DNA from: Basidiobolus meristosporus CBS 931.73
Taxonomy: Eukaryota > Fungi > Basidiobolomycota
Assembly (NCBI GenBank): GCA_002104905.1
Contig: MCFE01000175.1
Span: 1-64,000 of the forward strand
Length of the DNA: 64,000 bases
Direction of reading: 5' to 3'
The notes beneath the pieces were generated by a model. It saw only the letters and a list, made by a program, of their open reading frames with translations, made no database searches and was not told where the DNA came from. This document shows positions 1-9,611 of the stretch, in pieces (positions within the stretch are counted from its first letter, which is position 1; every line of letters begins with the position of its first letter). The position numbers were made by a program, and so were the translations under genes.

Positions 1-530
1 TATCACCACTCCTCTGTTTAATCTCCTGGCACATACATTGCAATATCTCATGGTGCAATGTTGTTCTATATTCCGGAAGCTCTTGTCAAACCTCTGACAA
101 TGCTTGGGAAACTTGGTTGACCGGCCACCTGGTAGTGACTACAGCAACTTGCTCAGCATCATTCACATTTGCTGCAATACCTCCTTCACACTCCTCTTGG
201 ATTTGGCCACTTCCTTGCCCTCTTCCTCTTCTGCACCCAGTTCTGTGTCCTCTTTCACATCCTTGTCCCCTTCCCTGCTCTCTTTGTACTCAACCTTCAC
301 TTGTGGCATCTACCTGGCTACTGCCTGCTTCCATGCCGCTTGTTTTATGAAGGATTATATCTACTATTCCCACTTTTATACTCATTTGGATGATGTCAGT
401 GGCCCATTCATCATATCTTTCCTTTGAGGTTACTCAGCTTATTGCTACAACATAACATCCATCCAGCCAGTGATTGAATCATTTGATGCACACATAAAAT
501 AACTTTATTCTGTTTTTATCAAAACCCTTT
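1..530 (-). pseudogene. Decayed reading frame, probably transposon-derived, in the CpG-depleted block
   Basis: The minus frame reads GFDKNRIKLFYVCIK*FNHWLDGCYVVAIS*VTSKERYDEWATDIIQ...G*VQ...V*QELPEY to the window edge. All four stops are TGA (CGA>TGA compatible). ORF 535-750 (-) may be the frameshifted upstream part. No family recognised. Confidence 0.35.
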
Positions 531-1363
531 TATTTTATTTTATCACTTTGAGTACTTTATATTGAGGTAAATAAGAACTAAGCTGAAGTTTGTTTTGGAA
601 GTGATCAATTGCATTGGTTTGTTCTCTCCTCAGGACAACTGAGTCATTTGCCAATTTTTTCCAAGTTTTCTCCAGGTATTTGGGACATCCAAAGGTACCA
701 TTACCAGAATTGGTAACTGTACTGCTCTTCTTGCTGCAATCTTTGTCCATAGTAGAATCTTAGTCTTCCTTTGGAGAGCAAGAACTGCTATGGTAGAGGA
801 AGCTTCCTCTTTTGGTCTTGATCCCTGGGTAAAGGTCCTGAAGCTTTCCCCTCATGGCTTGTTTATTGTCCATATTGGTGCTGTACTTGATGGAGTGTCT
901 GTGAGTGCTGTTTAACCACCAGTTGTTCTCTTCTGTCCTGTAGATTTATATCACTTTCATATATACTCACTCCATTATATCTCACTTTTACCTCTCTTGT
1001 GACTGTACTCTTGTTTCATCCCTCAATGGCTAGACAAAACCAAGGCCACCACATATTGGGGCTGGTGGTTTAGTGATCAAGGAGCAAGCTATTGATGCTA
1101 ATATTGATTTTGAGCATATTATCTAGGAATATCTCGGAACCAATTAGAATAGAAAGTTACTCAATAAGTAACATAGTACCATTATTTGCACATCAGTATT
1201 TGCTAACCACAAAGCAATGCTTTTCAAAGATATTCCATTCCCATGCAGCTGTTTGTTGATGGTCCCTACAATACACAAGTGAGTGCGTAAAGTAAGCACC
1301 CATAATACTTTTGGGGGGTGTGGTTGCCATGTGTGAGTAAAGTGTCTTATGAATCCAGGTTAA

Positions 1364-1742
1364 ACTATTGTGATGAAAAATAAAAGCATTTTATACTGTG
1401 CAGCTGATGATTGATGACACCTCTTAGACCCAAGTAAACATAGCAAGTGGGTATCCTTAAAACCTGTTGGGGTATAGTTACTGTGCACTATAACAGTGTG
1501 TTAGGGACTCATGCACAACTATTGTGATGAAAAATAAAAGCACTTTATTACTACACAGTTGATGATTGATGACTCTTGCTAGACCCAAGTAAACATAGCA
1601 AGTGGGTATCCTTCAAACCCATTGAGGTATGGTCACTGTGCACTGTAAAAGTGCAAAAGGGACTTATATAAAACTAACATGATGAAAAATAAAAGCACTT
1701 TAATACCACATGGCTGACAATTGATGACTCCTGCCAGATACA
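1364..1742. repeat. Degenerate tandem repeat, ~154-155 bp unit, about 2.5 copies
   Basis: Units start at 1364, 1518 and 1673 with act(att/aac)(g/a)tgatgaaaaataaaagca. The first two share gacccaagtaaacatagcaagtgggtatcctt. Confidence 0.85.
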
Positions 1743-2268
1743 TGTGCACATGGAACACCAGTGGTAGTTGCAATGGTGTCAAATAAAGTTTCTATTTTAG
1801 GTATAATATATATTGAACTTTGGAATACAACTAATATCTGGTAAAAGCAATTGGGTGACAGAAAATTTGCATTGGTCATGAGTTTTTTTATCATGTTAGG
1901 GCTGCACAATTTATAATGCCCAAAGCTTATAAAAATAAGGGATTGAGGCCAGATTGAGATGATTCCCATTAATTATTAGATGTAGCATTAAAAGAAACAA
2001 TTTATTTTCATATAATCATCAAGGCTTGTACAGAGCATACAGAGAGTATAGGGAGACCAATATTGGCCCAGACATGCCCACTATATGACCAGAGAATGTG
2101 CCAATTGTAGAGTAAAAATATTTATGGTTTGGTGATAAGGGTTAGGAGGAGGAATTGTAACCCTAAGGGACCAGTACCAAGAATAAGAGGAAAATAATTC
2201 AAAGGGAATTTAAAGAGTATGGGAGCAGTATGGGGGATTGCATCCTCTAAACCCCCTGTTTTTTTATT

Positions 2269-3002
2269 AAACCTGTTCTGTTGGATAGTGCCATATTGAG
2301 CCATGAGTGCCAAATGATGCCACTGTGTGCCAGAGAGGCCAAGTGAATCTATACTTGGCCACAGAGTGTGAAACATAGCTCTGCATCTCCATGCAAAGCA
2401 GCCCCTGTGTTTCACCCATGATGCAGGAGAAAATCCATTTTTTGACCTTTCTTTGTGGATCAATGTTGTGCAGGATGTGTGAGAGCACCAAAGGATTGAA
2501 GATATGCATATGGTACTCAATACCCATGGCATTCTGAATCTAGTTGATGTGGCTTGTAACATGTCATAAAAATGCATGGCACTATTTTGGTCCACTGGTA
2601 CTATCTGGCACTATATTTAATTATGAGCCCTAAAGTAAGATCAATACAAAGCACTTATAGTGCCAGATAGTACCAGTGGACCAAAATAGTGCCATGCATT
2701 TTTATGACATGTTACAAGCCACATCAACTAGATTCAGAGTGCCATGGGTATTGAGTACCATATGCATATCTTCAATCCTTTGGTGCTCTTACACATCCTG
2801 TACAATATTGATCCACAAAGAAAGGTCAAAAAATGGATTTTCTCCTGCATCATGGGTGAAACACAGGGGCTGCTTTGCATGGAGATGCAGAGCTATGCTG
2901 CACACTCTGTGGCCAAGTATAGTCTCACTTGGCCTCCCTGGCACACCATGGTATCATTTGGCACTCATGGCTCAATGTGGCACTATCCAATGGAACAAGT
3001 CT
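2269..3002. mobile_element. Foldback / MITE-like element, copy 1 (347-bp arms, 40-bp loop, ATT target duplication)
   Basis: Arm 2269-2615 is the reverse complement of arm 2656-3002. ATT lies at 2266-2268 and 3003-3005. A second copy is at 51047-51778. Confidence 0.9.
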
Positions 3003-3082
3003 ATTCTCTAGGGGACTGTATCTCCCAGACCCCCTGCTGTTCTAACCTTTTCCTAGTCCTTACTGAAACACCTACTCCCTAA

Positions 3083-3897
3083 GCTGGTACACCCACAGAT
3101 TCCATCTTATCTACCAGCAGAGTAATTCTGTTAATTAGATTTTTTCATTTCTTCTCCTGGCAGCATCTTTGTAGTAAAGAATTCTTGTCTCAGATACTTT
3201 TTCTTAGCAGCTGAACATGACTGGTAGGTGTCTTCTAGTGCTCTCCAGGCATTCTTTGCCATTTTTACTCTTGAACATTGAATAAGCATTTAATCTCTCA
3301 CATTAAGGCAAATGCAGTTTAAGGCACTTTGTTCTTTCTTCTGGTACTTTAAGAATACTTCTCCAATGTCTTTAGGAGGGCATTCTTCTCACATGACAAT
3401 ATACCAAAGGCCTCTTTCTTGTAGCCATGTCTTCATCTTCACCTTCAATACTTGGTAGTTAGATTCATCCAACTTTTCAGCAGAAGAAAAAATTCAAGTA
3501 ATAGCAGTATTAGGTATTGCAGAGAGTGACAGCTTGGGGCTCATAACCTGTTGTAAGAGTCTTGGAGATATTGGAAGTGACTTGGAGAACAAGTGGACTG
3601 TGTGGTCTCCACTAAACAATTTATTGGATGTAAAAGTAGTATTTATACTTTTACATGGTCTTAGCATAACAAACATGTTGAATAGTCTTAGGAAGATCTC
3701 AAAGACATGTGTGCAATGTTTAGTGCTGTTTGGGCAACTTTGAGAATTTTCATGTTCTGAATACCTGATAGTTTGGTGAAAATATTTTGAGTAAATTCTG
3801 GTAAGCAATTTGGCCAGTATTCTCTAGGATTTGAAGGCAATGATCTAAGTGACTAAGTTAGGTGGATATTTAGATGGAATTACCAATTTTTACAACA
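3083..3897 (-). mobile_element. Ty1/copia 5' fragment: LTR 3549-3897 plus truncated gag
   Basis: LTR TGTTG...CAACA is followed by the copia-type PBS ggttatgagcccc. Decayed gag reads EKLDESNYQVLKVKMKTWLQERGLW. Same family as 45.3-53.5 kb. Confidence 0.85.
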
Positions 3898-4729
3898 GGC
3901 AGCAAGTCATTCATACCAATCTTACCACTCCCCTCCCACTGAATAGTGTCATAAGCACAGAAAGCTACCATCTCATCTAATTAATTTACCTACCAACTCC
4001 CCTCAATTACACACTCTTGTATCAAAGCTACAACACTAGTGCTTGCTTCTTTGTTTCAACTGAAATCAAGATTTCACCTGTTGGTGACTGTCTCCCCCCT
4101 TTCCCCTTAATTTGAAGTTAGATTTATCTCAATTCAAGTAAAGATTTTGCCTACCTTGGTGATTTTCCCTCCCACTAAAGATAAAGACTTCACCTGCTAG
4201 TGACCATCTTTCTTCTATACCCTACATCTTGTAGAGTATGCTTGTAAGCATCCTATCAACTGATAACCCTAACAGCTCCAATAAAGGTTAACCATTTCTG
4301 AATTAAACAGTCCTACACTATGATATTGACAAAAGAATAAATTAGTCTGTATATTTGATGGTAAGCTAGCTGTATAGCATCTGGCCACCTTAATAAGTAC
4401 AATAGTGCTCTGCGTAAATCTAGTTGCATCATGCTCTTACCAACATAATTATGCAATACACTATCAGAAAACAAAGATTAAAAGGGTATACACCAAAATT
4501 GCTGGTATGATCTACAATGTTGGCAATCCTCGCTGCATACTTGCATAAAAAATTGTTAGAAATACACTTACACTTGTTAAGCCAGGTTATGAACATCAAC
4601 AAGCCAAATTTATGTAAACAATTTTGAAACAATATTATTCCATCACAAGTTTTATTAGCTAGATGAAAATCGAATAAAATTAGCAGTCATCAAGGAAATT
4701 TAGGACGTTTCGATAAGCATTGTACGGAT

Positions 4730-5670
4730 ATGATTCTAATCAAAGCCACTACTCTTGCACTCCTGCTTACCATAACTTCCAACATATGTTTGACTCATGC
4801 TGCTCAAGTTACGGACCAATGTCTTGAGGGTGATAATAACTCTAAGGCAGCGGCAATCAAGATTTACTCTTTCGAAGAAGCCCTTTGGCCAGGCCCAGTT
4901 CGCCTCACTCTGGCCGAGAAAAGTTTAAGAGATGTCGAAGTAATTGAAGTGAACTTGGCTGTTGCGGAGAATCTTTCTCCAGAATATCTCAAGTAGGACA
5001 TGATACGGAATCTATCTGTGCAATGAATCTAACCTTTCGCTCTAGGATCAATCAGCATGGTACTGTGCCTGCTCTGGTGGACACAAATACAGGAATGATT
5101 CTTGACGATTCCACCACCATTACCAAGTTCCTTGATGAAAACTTCCCTGGGACAGAGTTGTATCCCGCCCAAGAGCTGTCTAATATTGATCGCTGGATCA
5201 AGGAAGCCCACAATGTGGATGGAAATCTTTTGGCCATCTCACCGGCGAATGCAGGTGAGCTCAAGCAGAAAAAAGCCTTTGCTGAAAAGTTCTTGGGCGA
5301 TCGGTTAAAGGCTTTAGCGAAATTTATGAAGAAACAAGATATTGCACTTTATCGCGAGAAACAAAAGGAGATGCAGTCGGTCCTGAATGCTTATCAACAT
5401 CCTGAGCAGGCACAGCCGCTGTATGATAGCCACAACAACGAATGGAAAAAAGCAGAAGCGTTTCTGAATCGGCTGGACGCTCAGTTAGCAATTGGCCCAT
5501 ATGTTGTAGGAAAGAAGTATACATTAGCTGATGTTCATACTATTCCGTTGTTGTTACGGTTAAAGTCGATCAAGGGAGATGCAGTGTTGAAGGGGAGACA
5601 GAACCTGCAAAGGTATCTGTACAAGGTAGCATCAAGGGAGAATTTCAAGGCAGTGTATGGCGCACTATGA
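4730..5670 (+). CDS. Glutathione S-transferase (GST_N/GST_C) with an N-terminal signal-peptide-like extension; exons 4730-4992 and 5046-5670
   Basis: A 53-nt GT-AG intron joins PEYLK to INQHGTVPAL. Motifs: VRLTLAEK, ENLSPEYLKINxxGTVPAL, DSTTITKFLD, YTLADVHTIPLL. Hydrophobic N-terminus MILIKATTLALLLTITSNICLTHA. Confidence 0.88.
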
Positions 5671-5914
5671 TGAAATAAATATACTGATTTGAGTACTGCG
5701 GCTTGTCTTTTCAGGCAGATTAGGCAGCCAGAGCCAGGGTGCCGTACCGGATCACCGACATCGAGTTACGCTTTTTCGTAGCCATCAGCCTTCAGACGGG
5801 AGAATAAGTTGGACTTTGTGTATATTAACATTATATTGTTTATTCTAACAAGGATATCTCGCAAAACCTGCATCATCCTATTGTTACAGCCTATAGAGCG
5901 CCACATCCCTGGGT

Positions 5915-7663
5915 CTAAATTCGACTAGACTTTGCTGGTTTCAATATGCCATTGTACCACTTGACCTTCCCGTCAGGTTGATTGGCTTTGGATTCAGTGG
6001 TGGTGCATATACCTCTATTATCCTGACCTTCCCCAAGGTCGTATGGCGCCAAAAAGACCAAGGCAACTCCAGCAAGAACCAGGGCACAGACACCACATAA
6101 AGACAAGATCTTTTGGGTGTCGATATATGCTGCCTGCACTAGCGCTTTTTGATCTGTACGAAGTGTTTTGAAGTAGGTAATACTGTTAATAGCTTTAGCT
6201 ACATCAACGCTAGGGTCCATGCGCCCGTTAAGTTTGTTCGGCAAAACAGTGTTCCAGATGGTTGTTGAAACGGCCTCCCCGATTGCCCCACCCAAATATG
6301 CGACCATAGAGTACAGCGCAATTGCGATTGCAATATCCACCTGATCAACTGAAGCCTGGACACCTATACCAATACAACTAATGGTGATACCACTACCAAG
6401 CCCGAGAAGGCCTTGCACTGCTGCGATCTCGCCATTGGATGTGTGCGTTCCCCCACGAGTTCTGATCATAAGTCCAACCGATATCAGGTATATAGCCCAC
6501 CCTAGCCAAGCCCACCGACGGTAACGTTTAGATTTTTGCATAGCCCATCCTCCGAGAATGGCACCAATATAGTAGACTACAGAACCAAGCTGTAGCAGCT
6601 GAGCAGTACGGGCGTCGGTATCACGAGTTACCTGAATAAAGGCGTTGAAGAAGAAAAGGGAGACATTTGAAGTGAAATAGAACATTGTTCCAGCTCCCAT
6701 TGCTGCTGAGAAGGTACGGTTTTTGAACAATCTGAAGGGCACGACAGGACAACGTGCCAATTTATGTTCGTAGAGACAAAAAAAACCTAAAACCAGAACG
6801 CCGGATACAAGGGGACCGAGAACACGGCGATCACTCCATCCATAGACTATATTGTAGCTCAAGCCAAGAGGTAGCAGCACCATAATGACTCCTCCGCAGA
6901 GTAGCAAAAGGCCAAAGAGATCGAGTTCAATCGCCATATTCTTTAGGCTTTTGAAAATTGATTGCGGAAGGAATGGATCATCGAGTATATCCAAATTCTC
7001 ACGCGCGCGTTTGTCGACAATGCAGAGACTATAAATAGCTGGAACTGAGCAGACTAAGGCAAGAATGGCTAAGAGGCCATAAACCCAGCGCCACTGATGG
7101 ATTAGTGCCTGCGCAACCACGGGCCCTAGATAGGCGTTTGTCACGCTAGGGATTGCCATGTAGCCGTTGTAAGAACCGCGAAGGTGTAGTGGAATGAAAT
7201 CGGCAATCAGAATAATGGAGATAGTACCATACCCGGCTTGCCCGATGGTGGACAATATCGTACCGCCAAAAATATAATCGAAGTTACGTGCACTGGCACA
7301 TGTGACAAATCCGATTGTGTGGAACGCTATGGATATGACAATAGCATGTACACGGCCAAATGTATCGGCAATCTTGGCAAAGATTGGGCGTAAGCCGGCA
7401 ACTAGCAAATAGGTTACACTTGTAAGCGCACCATACATAGTCATGCTGTTATAGGTACTTAATACGTCCGGCATGATAGTAGCAGTAGCACTCGTATCCA
7501 TGGCCGTAACGAAGTTGATAGCGAAAAGGCTGCCGATGATCAGAAACTGATCAATTTTGCGCCATTCCCCAGCGGAGCCCTTTTTCACACCAGCAAGTTC
7601 TTCGCTCTCCATATGAGCCTTCGTCGTATGTTGCTCAGCACGTAACCCCTCCCCACTGGACAT
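5915..7663 (-). CDS. MFS siderophore-iron transporter (SIT/ARN/MirB-like), intronless
   Basis: 582 aa with many TM helices. Motifs AKIADTFGR, WRWVYG, PVVPFRLFKNRTF, RYRRW and a C-terminal GGAIGEAVSTTIW...AYIDTQK pattern typical of SIT family members. Confidence 0.8.
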   Translation of the reverse strand: MSSGEGLRAEQHTTKAHMESEELAGVKKGSAGEWRKIDQFLIIGSLFAINFVTAMDTSATATIMPDVLSTYNSMTMYGALTSVTYLLVAGLRPIFAKIADTFGRVHAIVISIAFHTIGFVTCASARNFDYIFGGTILSTIGQAGYGTISIILIADFIPLHLRGSYNGYMAIPSVTNAYLGPVVAQALIHQWRWVYGLLAILALVCSVPAIYSLCIVDKRARENLDILDDPFLPQSIFKSLKNMAIELDLFGLLLLCGGVIMVLLPLGLSYNIVYGWSDRRVLGPLVSGVLVLGFFCLYEHKLARCPVVPFRLFKNRTFSAAMGAGTMFYFTSNVSLFFFNAFIQVTRDTDARTAQLLQLGSVVYYIGAILGGWAMQKSKRYRRWAWLGWAIYLISVGLMIRTRGGTHTSNGEIAAVQGLLGLGSGITISCIGIGVQASVDQVDIAIAIALYSMVAYLGGAIGEAVSTTIWNTVLPNKLNGRMDPSVDVAKAINSITYFKTLRTDQKALVQAAYIDTQKILSLCGVCALVLAGVALVFLAPYDLGEGQDNRGICTTTESKANQPDGKVKWYNGILKPAKSSRI

Positions 7664-8066
7664 CGCAGTGATCTACTTTAGATAGCTGACGGAAAGTGGC
7701 TTACGAACAACAAGAGTAGCTTCGGTATATATGTTCACCGATGCTATTCACCAAGAGCTTTCGCCAACGCTCAGAGGAGTAGTGGATTGATTTTCGGTAC
7801 CATACCATTGCTATTTATTCCTACGACTACTCTGAGTGACCTCCTCATTTTATGGCCACATACAGTCCCACATCTGGTTTTGGTGAAAAGTTTTCACACT
7901 GTCATCCCTATTCACATCAACTTTCACCATTTTTGTCTGCCACCATTCGACTCGTAACCAACAACAAATATGGGGGCTTCAGACACACAAGTCCTGGGAA
8001 CCCAGCCACGATATATGAAGTAACTGCAACAACTGTCTTTAATAGCAATATGATTCATGCTGATCC

Positions 8067-8241
8067 ATCAGATAATGTGCACTCAGATGAAATGATTTGA
8101 TTGTAAACGATCTGATAGCCCAGTAAGCTCTTAGTGGTTCAGAGGGATGGCTAGATTTGACCAAGAAATTCCGATATCTCCATGTATGGCAATTCCCATA
8201 TTGTGGTACAAATTATCATTGGCGTGAACTCGTTATCAGAT
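8067..8241. promoter_or_regulatory. Cluster of three SreA/Fep1-type iron-repression GATA sites in a divergent promoter
   Basis: ATCAGATAA at 8067-8075 (+), ATCTGATAG at 8110-8118 (+, one mismatch), TTATCAGAT at 8233-8241 (= ATCTGATAA on -). They sit between the SIT start (7663) and the oxidoreductase start (8328). Confidence 0.7.
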
Positions 8242-8327
8242 TCTTTTACTTGGAACATCCATCACATATTAAATCTTCCCAAACCTCCAACCATTCCTTA
8301 CATTCATTCGCACCTATCTGTTCTACT

Positions 8328-9611
8328 ATGGGTGCTCTACGTCCATTGCTTAGCCTCAAGCCGGTTCACATCCTCATCGCCGGTGGTAACTACGGTGGTC
8401 TCAATGCTATGAGATATCTTTATTCGCATCTTATTGCACCTCATGGTTATGCTGGCCAAGAACAGGCACCTCCGAATCCCAATGTGCGCATCACCTTGGT
8501 TGACAGACGCGATGGATTTATACACTACGTGGGAATGACCCGAGCGCTGACCGAGCCTGATTTTGGAGAGAAGCTATGGTCATGCTATAAGGATATCCCT
8601 TGGATGTCTCACTCTTCAATCACAATTCGCCAAGCAATTATCGAAGAGGTGTGCGCAAACCATGTAAAACTGGCCAACTGCAATGAAGTAATTGATTTTG
8701 ATTACCTTATATTGGCGCTTGGCCAAAGCCGTGGAGGTCCGATTGGAGTTGGCGCGTCTACCAAAAACGATTATGTCAAGGATCTGAACAAACATCATAA
8801 GGATATCACTAGTGCAAAGTCAATTGTTGTTGTTGGTGGTGGTGCAGTTGGTATCGAGATGGCATCAGACATTAAGTGCGATTTCCCTGAGAAGGATGTC
8901 ACCCTCATTCACTCTCGACCACTCCCAATCCCTGGCCCATTCAAAGATGAATTTCGCCAAGAAACGATACGAATTTTAAAGGAAGATATCGGGGTAAACG
9001 TGATTTTAGGTGAGCGTGTTGTAAACGATCACTCAGAAAACGCAGTTACCGAGCCGGCTCCAAAACTCGCTACTCTACTGCCAGAGTTGATCTCAACGGT
9101 CAAGAAGAATGTTGAGCTAACAACTACCAGCCAGCGTAAGATTGCCGCCGACTGGGTAATCAATTGTCTAGGCACAGCGAGTAAAGCTTCCATCATCAAG
9201 CTTCCGTCATCAACCGACAACCCAATTTTCTCGCCAGCGGGCATCCGCATCAGCAAAACAATGCAGATCAACGATCCGAAATATCAGCACATCTTTGCAG
9301 TAGGGGATATATGCGACAGCAATATTATGAAGCTTGCCGGGATTGCTATGTATGGTGGTTGCATGGCAGCCAAGAATCTCAGCGCACTGATCACTTCAGC
9401 ACAAGGCGAGAGCCCTGAACTCGAAAAATTCCCTGATTTTCCCAGCAAGCTTCTTCTGCTCATGGGCAAAAATCATTTCATCTTTCAGCTTGGGGATGAA
9501 GTCTGGGAACGTGAAAAGACTCGAGAATTCGTTCATGAAGACATGGGGCTGGAGCTTTGCATGAATGCCCTAGCTATCCGAGACTTCCCGAAGCCTGAGA
9601 CCACCTTGTAA
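8328..9611 (+). CDS. AIF/AMID/FSP1-like FAD-dependent pyridine nucleotide oxidoreductase (Pyr_redox_2)
   Basis: ILIAGGNYGG FAD motif, FDYLILALG, IVVVGGGAVGIEMASDIK NAD motif, VTLIHSR, IFAVGDI. First ATG at 8328; the ORF track starts upstream at a non-ATG codon. Confidence 0.9.
   Translation: MGALRPLLSLKPVHILIAGGNYGGLNAMRYLYSHLIAPHGYAGQEQAPPNPNVRITLVDRRDGFIHYVGMTRALTEPDFGEKLWSCYKDIPWMSHSSITIRQAIIEEVCANHVKLANCNEVIDFDYLILALGQSRGGPIGVGASTKNDYVKDLNKHHKDITSAKSIVVVGGGAVGIEMASDIKCDFPEKDVTLIHSRPLPIPGPFKDEFRQETIRILKEDIGVNVILGERVVNDHSENAVTEPAPKLATLLPELISTVKKNVELTTTSQRKIAADWVINCLGTASKASIIKLPSSTDNPIFSPAGIRISKTMQINDPKYQHIFAVGDICDSNIMKLAGIAMYGGCMAAKNLSALITSAQGESPELEKFPDFPSKLLLLMGKNHFIFQLGDEVWEREKTREFVHEDMGLELCMNALAIRDFPKPETTL

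Noticed and set aside
1364-1742. CRISPR-like array
   Set aside because: Units are contiguous ~154-bp degenerate repeats without unique spacers, in a eukaryotic context.
2122-3082. Mirror-image ORFs (MDQNSAMHF..., MGIEYHMH...) as proteins
   Set aside because: They are translations of the foldback arms. The copy at 51 kb does not keep the frames, and no domain is recognisable.
8157-8327. N-terminal extension of the oxidoreductase in the ORF track
   Set aside because: It begins at a non-ATG codon and overlaps the GATA-site promoter. ATG 8328 directly precedes the Rossmann motif.
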